This document shows positions 37,187-47,996 of a stretch of DNA of 64,000 nt, in pieces. This DNA is from Anthoceros angustus (lineage: Eukaryota; Plantae; Anthocerotophyta). Within the stretch, counting starts at the first letter, position 1. Each line of letters starts with the position of its first letter. Where the stretch lies: assembly GCA_010909165.1 (NCBI GenBank), contig MU008185.1:620001-684000 (forward strand), given 5' to 3'. Both the position numbers and the translations under genes were made by a program. Under the pieces are notes generated by a model. The model saw only the letters and a list, made by a program, of their open reading frames with translations, had not been told where the DNA came from and made no database searches.

Positions 37187-38347
37187 TATGAGTGATTACT
37201 ATGAGGGGAAAATTAATTCTTGCATAACAAGTACTAATTTATATGCTCAATCTATAGTTGATGCTTTGTGGAAGAAAATCCCTGACCTCACTAGTTTCAC
37301 TTCATGCCACTTGTTCAGTCCCAAGTACTATCCTGAAGACAACATAGAGAGGGACAAAGCAGTTGAAAGATGGGTCAAGATTTTATCAGGAAAATATGGA
37401 AAAGTCTCTAAGGACACAAATGAGAATGATGTTATATCATTTGTAGAAGAATCTTTTCATGCCACTTGTTCAGTCCCAAAGTACTATCCTGAAGACAACA
37501 TAGAGAGGGACAAAGCAGTTGAAAGATGGGTCAAGATTTTATCAGGAAAATATGGAAAAGTCTCTAAGGACACAAATGAGAATGATGTTATATCATTTGT
37601 AGAAGAATCTTTTCATGCCACTTGTTCAGTCCCAAAGTACTATCCTGAAGACAATATAGAGAGGGACAAAGTAGTTGAAAGATGGGTCAAGATTTTATCA
37701 GGAAAATATGGGAAAGTCTCTAAGGACACAAATGAGAATGATGTTATATCATTTGTAGAAGAATCTTCATGTGAGGCAAAATTATCTACTTTCATTTCTT
37801 TCATGAGGTCTTGTCATGGTTTAGGAATGTTAGCATCTTATAAGATCTACTCAACAACTCATGAGTGGATCTTTATAACCCCTTCTATTTTTCGTTGGTG
37901 GAGTTATGCATGGTAATCTCTTGTAGCATGGCAATATGTGAGAGAAGATTTTCTAAGCAAAACTTTGTTATGAACAATATAAGGACATGCTTACAGGTTG
38001 AGACTTTAGATGCATTGATGTCTTTATCTATAAATGGTCCTCCCGTCCAAGAGATCAATTGGGTTGAGATCTTTATGGCTTGGAAAGATGAAACGCTTAG
38101 GAAATAAAAACTTTATATAACATTTAAAGATATTTTACAACATTATAATATTATTTATAGAATTTTAAAGTTAATAATATGCCTGTGAAAAAGGTCCGGA
38201 CCTTTGCGAAGACTGGGAGTCTTGATTTTGCTCCGGACCTTTGTGGGGACTAGGAGTCTTGATTTTGCTCGGTCTCATTCGGTCACGGACCGGCAATCAT
38301 CCTCTCTAAACGACAATCATCCATCAAGTGTGATCGCCGAAACCCTG
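37187..38347 (+). mobile_element. hAT transposase 3' remnant (dimerisation domain) with probable right TIR
   Basis: VISCSMAICERRFSKQN..IRTCL..LDALMSLSING; ends in ..GAAACCCTG, a CAGGG-type TIR. Confidence 0.7.
37301..37771 (+). repeat. 155/156-bp tandem triplication inside the hAT remnant
   Basis: Units begin TTCATGCCAC at 37301, 37456 and 37612. Confidence 0.95.
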
Positions 38348-38811
38348 AGTCATGCCAGTTAAAATGAGGTCTTGTCGGGCCCACGGGGACCCCAAATGCG
38401 TGGAGTCCCTGTCAAAAAACCCCTAATGCGTGGAGTCCCTGTCAAAAAACAATATCCCCTCGGGATAATGAAGAGAAGGCGTAACTTGGGACCAAATGTT
38501 GCGCTTTGAAATCTTAACCTCTAAACCAAGGCAAGGCAGGAGAGATCCAAGAGAAGGAGATTTCAAAAGCTTCCTTCACCTTGTCCGCCGGCCCTATGAA
38601 GTCATATATAACTAAAGATACATGAGCTTAAAGGTGTTTTCCATTGATGGTAGATAGTCTAATCCGCATTGAAATTCTGGGATCATGCCCTTAACCATGG
38701 TTCAGGCCGGCTATGGGGTGCACTTCTGAAATGTTTTGCCTTTTATCATTCATATTCCTTCTTCCCCTCCTCTCTCCTTATGATAGCTCCCAACTTGGAT
38801 GCGAACACCAA

Positions 38812-40380
38812 AAACCATGCGGTACAGATCAAAATCGTGCCGTACTGTTTAGGATTTATCAGCCCGAAAGCCTGCGGATAAGAACCGTGCGGTACTACTT
38901 AGGGTTTATCACCTTGAAAGCCGTACGGATGAGAACCGTGCGGTACTACGGTACTTACGGTTTATCAGCCCGAAAGCCGTGCGGATGAGAACCGTGCGGT
39001 ACTACAGTCAAACCCCTCTAATTGGGACCCCTATAAATGGGAACCCCCTTTAAATGGGACGCCCGGGCTTACTCCCTTGAATGTGCTACATGCTAAATGG
39101 GAAACCCTCTAATTTGTAAATGGGAACATGTCTCCCAAACATTCAATGCAAGTACACCTCTGTAAAAGGGAAAATACATATTTAAAAAATAAAAAATTGA
39201 GGAAATCGTCTTATCGAGATTAAACCATGAGTTATTGAGATTATGTCAAGTTAAAGGCTATCGAGATTATATCATAAAACATAGACATCAGATTAATTGG
39301 GCCTATATCCGTAGTAGTTCATACACTATGCTTTGTGATCAAGCATTGTTCCTAGTACATAAGTTGTTTCATTTGTAAAAGTTGTCTTATGGTGTTGTAA
39401 GTTGTGTTATGGTGTTAAAGGCCAAAGAATAGCCAAAGAATGCAGTAAGGCTTGTGCAGAGAGAAGGCCAAAGAATAATCAAGAACCACAGCAAGCATTC
39501 TACCCTAACAAAGCAACAAAAGAAAGAGGTTTGTGAATATTATGTCCAACACTCTTGCACACTTAAGGAGTTGACTAGATGGACAACAGAGAAGTTTTCA
39601 ATAGCGACTTCTAAAAGTGCATTGTCTAGGATTGTGAATGACAAAGACAAATGGTTGGACCACCATTCGATGTTGGATATCCAACGATGACAACCAAGAG
39701 TATCCGAACTTTGAGGAGGATGAAGGATTGGAGACTACGATATTCCTACAGAGGACGAAATATGGCAAGCATTAATCCCTCCGTCACAATGAGCGGTGAG
39801 GAGAATGATACACCTGGAGACCATAGCGCCAAGACCGCGTACAACAAAGGATGCTGTAGATAATGCTATGAGGATAGTGAAGATGTTTTGGAAGAGATGC
39901 CACATAACACTCTTGATGCTTTGAAGTTGCATTCTCGCTTGGAAAAACATATTGCTAGTCATTGGATGAAAGTAACTCAAAGATCAATCAAGGATTGATG
40001 ATTATTTTAACCGCAAACTAGAATTAGGTTGATGACTATGTAGTATGAGGGAGCATTTTGGATTTTTTTGGATTGTTTTGGATTTTTTGGAAGCTTTTAA
40101 GCTCTTTCGAATTTTTGATTTAAAGGATTTTTGATTTTTTAAATATTTTTATTTTCAAAAAAAAAGATGAAAATGCCTAATCGGGAACCCCTCTAAATGG
40201 GACGATTTTTGCTACTCCCAATTGTTCCCAATTAGAGGGGTCTGACTGTACTTACTGTTTATCACCCCGAAAGCCTGCGGATGAGAACCGTGGTATACTA
40301 TGTACTTAGGGTTTATCAGCCCGAAAGCCGTGTGGATGGGAACCGAGCAGTACAACTTAAGAGGGTTTATGAATCCGAAA
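38812..40380. repeat. ~52-bp minisatellite interrupted by a pogo element
   Basis: GAGAACCGTGCGGTACTAC..GTTTATCAGCCCGAAAGCC.GCGGAT units at 38812-39004 resume at 40249-40380. Confidence 0.85.
39005..40248 (+). mobile_element. Internally deleted pogo/Tigger transposon
   Basis: TIRs CAGTCAAACCCCTCTAATTGGGA / TCCCAATTAGAGGGGTCTGACTG with TA TSD. CENP-B-like HTH remnant TLTKQQKKEVCEY..LKELTRW..SALSRIV and a terminal RIDDYF PIP-like motif. Confidence 0.9.
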
Positions 40381-40701
40381 GTTCTAGTGTCCCAACGGAT
40401 AATGACGTAGCAGTCCCGATCGTACGTGCCTGCATTAATGGCCATCGGGTATCGATTTGCAAGTCCTTCGTCAGGGGATATGATCGACTGCATTAACGGC
40501 CATCAGGTATCGATTTGTTTTTTTTGAAATCTGCCATCGACTTGCAAGTCCATCTTGGGGGTATGACCGACTGCCCGATAATCGCGCAGTCTGCTGGAAA
40601 AGCAGGGAGCTTTAATGGAAGCCCTAAACGCTTTCAAACAGAGAGGGTTTAGGGGTTTATAAGGCACGCAAGCTTGCCAGGAGAACTGAGATTCAGTCAG
40701 G

Positions 40702-41627
40702 ATGGCGTCTGGGCCTCCCTTTCCTGTCCCTAGCAAGACATTTTCGGTAACAATTCTGGTGCGTGGGGTTACAGATCCGTCAGGGAAAGCGTTTCCGGCT
40801 CTTGTTTTGCGTTATTGGAGCTTATTCTGCTGGTTTTTCAACTTCTTGCGTGCCTCATGTGTTGCCGAATTGCAGGGCCACAGCACGGATCTGGTGTTGT
40901 GCGCGTATGACGATTTTGTATATGTAAGTGTGGATCATCTTATAGTCGTCGATTTTTTGTGGACAAGCAACCTAGCCGATGTAGTTTGACATCCAACCGG
41001 ATCGGGGTGCAGGTGATGGCTACTCAGATCGGGAAGCTAGGAACTTTACTTCATGCCAAGTACGCTTGCCTGTCTTCCGAAATGCATTATTGAGCTTAGG
41101 TGTGCTGGGCAGGAAGACTCTGACGGTTTCGTTGCGCTTACAGGAAGGAAGAGGGGTATGGCGGTGCATCTGCCTACCATGTGAATGTGATCATGGGGAA
41201 GCGAGAGGAGGTAGAGCCATTGCACGATTTGCACGACTAGCTGAGTGGAATTATGTTTTTCTTCATTCCATCTGACGATAGCGTTTAAGTGGCAGCCTCT
41301 TTTGATGGCGTGTGCAAGACAGCTTGTTCAGACTATAAGGTTAGGGTGACTGTTGAGAAGCTTTGTCATATATGTCGAGTCCGTCTAGCCTGCTGACTAA
41401 CCTTCCGAGCTATGCTGAGTTGCCTGCAGCGATTCCGGCTCCTCCAGAGCACTTGTCATTGCTCTGGGGCTTAAGGACCATTCACAGGTAACTAACTACA
41501 TGGCAATCTGAATGTCTGTGATACATGGATCTGGTTGAATTTCTTCTCGTTGACAAACCTATGGTGTGACCTGCAGGAAACTCTCAAGCAGATCATCGAC
41601 CAAGTCATCGCAAACAAAGTATGGTGA
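40702..41627 (+). CDS. PSMG3: Proteasome assembly chaperone 3 (PAC3/PSMG3), 7 small exons
   Basis: Manual splicing gives MASGPPFPVPSKTFSVTIL|GHSTDLVLCAYDDFVY|VMATQIGKLGTLLHAK|KEEG..VIMGKREE|PLLMACARQLVQTIS|DSGSSRALVIALGLKDHSQ|ETLKQIIDQVIANKVW*. Confidence 0.92.
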
Positions 41628-42243
41628 TTGGATAGAGATATTTTCTCCAGCTGAAAACGTCTCAACTCATTGGCGAAAAAGAGTGGTGTTTTTGGCGCAC
41701 AGTTTTGAAACAGCGGTGGGCCGTTTCAGTGCAAATCTTGAAAATTGCAACTGGCCATCTCAACAGAGTTTTTTGTTCAATGTGTGTTATAGTTTAGCAC
41801 ATTTTTCTACTCTAAGAGAGGGGGACGATACTACAGACCGATTAATCCTCTTGCAAACCTTTACAATTCGAAACCTGCCATGCCAGCACATATATACTAT
41901 CCGACCGAGGGTAGTATCAGTTCGCGGTCAATCCGATAGTTTGTCCACTTCAATTCTATAGGATGGTCGCAACCGTCTCGCATCACCTGAGCGAAGAGGA
42001 CGAAGCAATGGCTTGCAAAAACTAATCTGTACATGTGCTAGCTGGTGGGGACACCAACTGATTTATCTACAAGTTTTGGTTGTATTTTCTGTATTGGCAA
42101 GACTCTCTTCTACCCAAACTACATATTCACAATCATCCCCTTCCAGGAATTCACAGGCAACCTTTTCAGGCTGCCGGCAGGAATATTTCCCGCACTATGT
42201 ACACCGTTGCCAAAGCGGGCTGCAATCCGGAAGCAGGCGCTTT

Positions 42244-43359
42244 TCATGCGGAGATAGCCCTGCCAGAGTTTTCCTTCTCAGGGCCATGGTCGTCCTCAAC
42301 ATCCATCAAGTCCCATTCATAGTCGTCTGCATCTCCAACATCCACACCATCCCAGCTTTCGTCGGAGTCGCTAAGCATAGCTTGGACATGCACGTCGGTG
42401 TCAGAGTGCACCGTAGCGTCCAGAATAGGATGATCTACCGCTTTGTCGCTACCTGTAGCATTGTTTCTACCTCGCCCCAGGATGCTGGCCACGAACGATC
42501 CAAACGCAGTGGTCCTCGCACCCTGATGAGCCTCAACCTCACTCAATGTGGCCATGAAGTAGTCACCATCTGACTCATCACCAGAGTCCTCCGCCACCGG
42601 CAGGCTTCGACGACCAATTGGAACACTCTCTGAAACATTGATGGAGACCTGACTGCCTTTGCCCGGGCAGCTTCCGACATGGGGCCATTCATCAGCAAGT
42701 GTAATATCACCGCGGGAGTACAAATGTTGCTGCCAATAGCCACCAACGTTGACGGCCCCGACGGTGCCAAAGCACAGGGTCTCTGGCACAGGCTCCGAAT
42801 CACTGCCAGAAGTAGCCTGGAGAGAAGACTCTCCATCAACATTTTCTGGCAGAACGAGTTCCTCCCAGTGGAGACCCTTGGCGGCGGATGCGGAGATCTT
42901 GTTCTTCAAAGCAGAACGCTTCCGTCCGGGAGGAAAAACGGTGACCGCAGCACCTCCCCAGCTAGGCTCGGTTTCTACGTCGCTATGATACACATCATCA
43001 AGGCACTCCGCCGCATCCAAACTCTCCTCACACAAATCAGGGGACTCCAAAAGATCCAAGCTGTCCTCGTAATACTTCAGAGCTGCTGTCCACACAGAAG
43101 CTGGCGACCCCACCTTAACCTTAGGCCTATGGCCACCCGCTGAATGCGAGAAAGCCTTCGCTGTTTCGCAGACCCGCCAATCGTGCATAAGATAGTTGGA
43201 GTTGATGTCACTCTGCTTCTGCTTCAACTCCCCCTTGCTTTTGCCCATCGATTTGTTCAACGGAGCGCTGTGACAGCCCCTGCAGCGAGGCGTCTTGCAT
43301 TTTCCTGTACGCCTGGTGCGGCTAGTATACTTCTCACCAATTTTCCCCTCGCGCCTCAT
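42244..43359 (-). CDS. Uncharacterised plant protein with N-terminal Cys/His motif and acidic tail
   Basis: MRREG..TGKCKTPRCRGCHSAPLNKS..K.KG..D..SN..DWRV, a motif typical of a plant-specific family. Confidence 0.8.
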   Translation of the reverse strand: MRREGKIGEKYTSRTRRTGKCKTPRCRGCHSAPLNKSMGKSKGELKQKQSDINSNYLMHDWRVCETAKAFSHSAGGHRPKVKVGSPASVWTAALKYYEDSLDLLESPDLCEESLDAAECLDDVYHSDVETEPSWGGAAVTVFPPGRKRSALKNKISASAAKGLHWEELVLPENVDGESSLQATSGSDSEPVPETLCFGTVGAVNVGGYWQQHLYSRGDITLADEWPHVGSCPGKGSQVSINVSESVPIGRRSLPVAEDSGDESDGDYFMATLSEVEAHQGARTTAFGSFVASILGRGRNNATGSDKAVDHPILDATVHSDTDVHVQAMLSDSDESWDGVDVGDADDYEWDLMDVEDDHGPEKENSGRAISA

Positions 43360-44685
43360 GGCAAACGGGCCACGCGCAAAACACAAGCAATCCCTCCCTC
43401 CCTCCCCCGAGGGAGCACCAGATCAGCTCCGCAGAGAAGCAACAAGATACAATGGCAAGATAACAGGCGCTCCGCTCAGAAGGCAGATCGGATGCCTCTA
43501 GATCCTACTCAGCAAACCTTAAAACCAAGCAAACTTCCTCCACACTTTCTAGACACCAAATGTGCTACCACAAAGCCTCGCCGGGATTCTTGGCCGTTAG
43601 ATCCAGAGGCCCTTGCCCTTCTTCCCCTTCCCCTTCCCCTCCCAGATCCCTTCCTCCTGCTGTGCCGCAGCCTGCAACAGCAGACCCTAGTCCACTCACC
43701 CCGAAACCACTGCCTCGCGTCCGCTGCCAAGACAAACACGCCCTTATGTAAGGAGCAAGCGACAGGGCGGGCAGAGGCCTGGCGCGCGGGTGCCTTGACG
43801 TGCAAGCAAAGCAAGAAAGAAACGCAAGACAGGGAGGAGGAAAGAAGAGCAAGACTAGGCCATGAAAGGAAAGACAAGGCAAGGCGCAACGGAAGAGAAG
43901 CGCAAGACGGTGGGAGATGCGAGGCAACTACACTCCTCTCTCCGCCATGGCCATGAACACGACACGGAAATGCGCTTCCCCGTCTTCCGCTGCCGTGCCA
44001 GTTACCACCGAATGCTTTTTCTGACTGTTCCGCTTCTTCTTCTCTCTTCGTCGGTTAAAGCGACATCTCTTCAACCCGAACCCAACCAACAGGCGTTATA
44101 ATTCCTTGGCGTTCCGTTGCAACCCTCCCTGGAGTGGGGAGCTTTTAGGCCGGTTCCTTTCTTCGGCAACTGCTTCCCGTCAGTTCGTTTTCATCCGGAT
44201 CCCTACAGACTGTAGCTTATATAATATCCTCTTTCTAACCACTGCCAGAGGATGTACGCCACCCGTCGGCACATGGGCATTGTCGCCCGAATGTAATCAC
44301 AAATCGGTGTAAATCCAGGTCATGTTAATCACCGTAAACTCCTGCCAAGTTATTCACGTCAATGCACGTCATGTACAGTTTCTCACCAGTCGTTGCTTCG
44401 GCTGCCACACATCCTGACCAACACAAACACTCCTAAACACGTGTTGCCACGACTCGTACATACTAAGCACTGGCCGAATTTGAGGGGTCAAGTTTAGCCT
44501 TCCGTCGCTTCCCAGCATCCACCATGCTGAAGTGTTGTGTGGGTGAGCGGCATGGTTCTGATCGAGTGAGCAGTGACAGTTTACATTTGGAGTCGTTACA
44601 GAGTTGGAACAAAAAGCTCACATTTCATATGAGATTCACTAATTACGTGGGTATTTACAATAAATAACTAAGCAGCCCTTGGTCC

Positions 44686-47277
44686 TCAAGGTCGCCCCTT
44701 ACAGCTGCAACAGCCATCCATGAACTGATGCACACGGTACGCATCCCTTACAACTATGTCTCTCTTTTCAACTCTTGACATGATCTCAGTGGAGCTGTGG
44801 CAGTCACTGCACATGCGTAGATTCTTGGTCACCAGCAGAGGTGTCCCACTCGGAGTGTTCAAGAGACCAAACGCCAAAGCCAGCTTCTCAGCATGCCCAC
44901 AAAGAGCATCTTCCTTCTCCTTCTCAGACAGTGGCTTCAACACCAACATTGTGTGTGCAACGTGACCGCCTTCCTCCTTCAGGCGTGCATTCATGCTCTT
45001 CACCTTGAGGGAAATATCACCTTTGTGCTCTCCCACCACAAATGTATGGACCTGCTTCTTCACCTCGATGCCCGCCACCGCAGGCTTCTTGTTAGCTCCT
45101 GCTGCCAGTCTCCGTGTTTCAATCCTCTCTACATCTGTCCACCTGCCTGCATCTGCATAGACATTGGCCATGAGCACATATGCGGACGGCTCCTGAGGGT
45201 CCAGTCTAACAATGCTTTCGAAACACCGCGTTGCCCTCTCTATATCCCCATGACTTCTACACGCAGTCAGTAAAGACGTTAAGCCCACGACCTTGTTTTT
45301 GCCCTCACGTGAAGAGAGCATCTTCTCTGCCTCGTCCAAATGGCCTGCACGCCCCAGAAGATCAATCATGCAATTGTAGTGCTCAACAGTAGCTTTAATG
45401 CCATGCTTCTCGACCATGGCATCGAAGAGCTTGCGACCCTCATCCACCAGTCCCTCGTGACTGCAGGCTACTAAAAGGCAAGTAAAAGTAGCATCATCAG
45501 GCTGAATACCCGCGACTAACATCTCCTCAAAACAAGCTAGTGCCTTGTGACCTTCGCCACAAGTACCACACCCAGCTATAAGGGCATTCCATGTCACCAC
45601 ATCCTTGGTGGCTAAGCTGTCAAAGACCTGGCGTGCATCTTCCAGTTTGCCACATTTGGCATACATGTCCACCAGGCAGCTGCCAACAAACAAATTATCT
45701 AGCTGTCCCTTGTCCACAATCTGTGAGTGCAGCTGCGTCCCCAGCTGTAAGGCACCAGCGCTTGCACAGGCCTTGAGAAGGCAAACAAAAGTAACGCTGT
45801 CAGCCAGAATCAGGCTCTCCTGCTCCATTTGTGCATACAGAAGAAGCGCCTCTTGACTGAGCCCATGACTTGCATACCCAGCTATCAGGGTATTCCATGT
45901 GACCACATCCTTTGTGTTCAAGCTGTCAAAAACCCTACGTGCCTCTTCCAGTTCCCCACATTTCGCATACATGTCCACTAGGCAGTTCCCCAACACGGTC
46001 TCTCTTTCTAGCAGACCTCTTTTCACCATGTCTGAGTGCAGCTGCTTGCCTACCTGTAAAGCACCTGCACCCGCACTGGCCTTCAGAAGGCAAGTAAAAG
46101 TAACATGATTAGCCAAAATCTTGCCCTCCTGCTGCATTTGTTCGTACAGAACAAGCGCCTCTTGACAGAGCCCACGATTAGCATACCCCGTGATCAGGGA
46201 ATTCCATAGTGCCACATCCTTTGTGGCACAGCTGTCAAAAACCCGGCGTGCATCGTGCATTTCGCCGCATTTTGCATACATGCCAACCAGGGAGCTGGCA
46301 ACAAACAAGTCAGGAGGAATGCCACTCAGCAGCACATCAGAGTGCACCTTTTTACCAGACTCTAAGTCGGCCGCACTTGCACAAGCTTGAAGGGCAGCTA
46401 CAAAGACGTGACTATCCGCTTTCATTCCTGAGCTGCGCATCTCGTGGTACAGCCTTATGGCATCATTAGGCTTTCCATGTTTAGCATGAGCGGCGATTAT
46501 GGAAGACCACATGAAGACACTTGGTTTCCGCACCCTGGTGAACACATCCATGGCCTCTTGTAACCTACCTCCAGATGCATACATGCGCAATATATGATTC
46601 CCATAGAATGCATTTGACTCGTAGCCAAGTTTGACAGTGAGATCATGAACTCGTCGCCCCACAACGATATCCTTCTTAGCTGCACACAGTTTCAGCACAC
46701 TGTGAAACAGAGACTGAGAAATTTGACAATCTGTCTGCGCCAACAATTCCAGGGCTCCAACGGCCTCAGCAAGCTTCCCCTGCTGGCATAACATGCTCAC
46801 GGTTACGGCCGATAAGCCCATTTCCGATGCCGCAGGCCTGCCAAGCTCAGGCTCCTCCGGAAAGCTCGACTTGGAAGGAGGCGCACCATGACCCATCTGC
46901 ATATCCAAAGCAATAAGCTGCTCATCCACCCACGCTGGCTTGAAACTGTTGTCTAACCAGAGGACCTCGCCGGACCACTTACGCCGGAAGTCAGGAGAAC
47001 GGGAGCTCTTCTTATCTCGCCTATTGTCCTCCCAGCTGGTTGGATCCAGAAAAAACTGTCGCCACAAGAGCTCCTGCTCCTGGCGACGACCATCGCTGCC
47101 AGTGGATTTTCTGGGAAGTGCTGGGTGGTTTCTTACACTGCTGCACCTCGAGGCGTGGCTGTTTGCCAGCGGCTGATTCCCTAAAGCAAGCTGAGCAGGA
47201 GCTCCTAGTAGAACCCCTGAATGCCCACCAAATTGCTGGGTCCATAAGGGATCCGGTTGCCATACTATGGCCATCAT
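44686..47277 (-). CDS. PLS-class PPR protein with E1-E2-DYW:KP (GRP-ending) domain and N-terminal PDF motif
   Basis: At least 14 P/L/S repeats, KKPAVAGIEV, HAEKLA, CSDCH, CSCKGRP*. The start codon is uncertain because the frame stays open to 47514. Confidence 0.93.
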   Translation of the reverse strand: MMAIVWQPDPLWTQQFGGHSGVLLGAPAQLALGNQPLANSHASRCSSVRNHPALPRKSTGSDGRRQEQELLWRQFFLDPTSWEDNRRDKKSSRSPDFRRKWSGEVLWLDNSFKPAWVDEQLIALDMQMGHGAPPSKSSFPEEPELGRPAASEMGLSAVTVSMLCQQGKLAEAVGALELLAQTDCQISQSLFHSVLKLCAAKKDIVVGRRVHDLTVKLGYESNAFYGNHILRMYASGGRLQEAMDVFTRVRKPSVFMWSSIIAAHAKHGKPNDAIRLYHEMRSSGMKADSHVFVAALQACASAADLESGKKVHSDVLLSGIPPDLFVASSLVGMYAKCGEMHDARRVFDSCATKDVALWNSLITGYANRGLCQEALVLYEQMQQEGKILANHVTFTCLLKASAGAGALQVGKQLHSDMVKRGLLERETVLGNCLVDMYAKCGELEEARRVFDSLNTKDVVTWNTLIAGYASHGLSQEALLLYAQMEQESLILADSVTFVCLLKACASAGALQLGTQLHSQIVDKGQLDNLFVGSCLVDMYAKCGKLEDARQVFDSLATKDVVTWNALIAGCGTCGEGHKALACFEEMLVAGIQPDDATFTCLLVACSHEGLVDEGRKLFDAMVEKHGIKATVEHYNCMIDLLGRAGHLDEAEKMLSSREGKNKVVGLTSLLTACRSHGDIERATRCFESIVRLDPQEPSAYVLMANVYADAGRWTDVERIETRRLAAGANKKPAVAGIEVKKQVHTFVVGEHKGDISLKVKSMNARLKEEGGHVAHTMLVLKPLSEKEKEDALCGHAEKLALAFGLLNTPSGTPLLVTKNLRMCSDCHSSTEIMSRVEKRDIVVRDAYRVHQFMDGCCSCKGRP

Positions 47278-47996
47278 ATAGGCACCACTCAAGGAAGATT
47301 GAGACGCAGGACGTGGCAGGATGCGGTACTGCACAGGACCATCAAACGAAACGTGAAGAAGCCACACTAGTTGATGGCCGTGGCCCCTTGGTTCCTCCCG
47401 AACCAGCGGGACATGGTCTGCAGATTGTGAAGGGACTGAAAGTTTTGATTTCGTCGTTGAGCCACCGCCTAAGCAGCAAACCGCTTCCTCGGGATCTTGT
47501 CGTGAAATGACCACTCTCTCCTCCCCTCACCGGTTACCTTCTACTCCCGGTGGCAACGGCATGTCTTCGCGGCATGGCCAGCCCTGCGAATCTGCGATGA
47601 GAATGATGGGCATGCTCAGGGTGCGATGGGGCTTCCTCAGCATGCGATGGTGCGAAGCCCTAAGTTATATAAAATTCTTCTTCTTCTATATCCTGATCTT
47701 GCATGCATGCATGCGATGGGATGAGATGGGATGGGTTGGGTCCGATACCATACCCGAAGTGAGAGTTGCGAGCATGCATGGCACCGGTGCCATGGGGACT
47801 CCATACCCTAACCCTAAAAGGAAAAATTTAAGTCGCCTTAAAAAGAATGGGTAATGAAAAAATAATCCAAGGTCCTTCGTTACATCCATTCAGGGAATGT
47901 GGAGACTTTATGAAAAGAACAAGATGGGAAATCCCATCTACCCCGAGGCAAAAGGGGACAACCCACGACGGGGCACCAGGGGAGCGTGCCCCCATA

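Noticed and set aside
37188-37916. 242-aa repeat protein
   Set aside because: Product of a triplication within a decayed hAT transposase.
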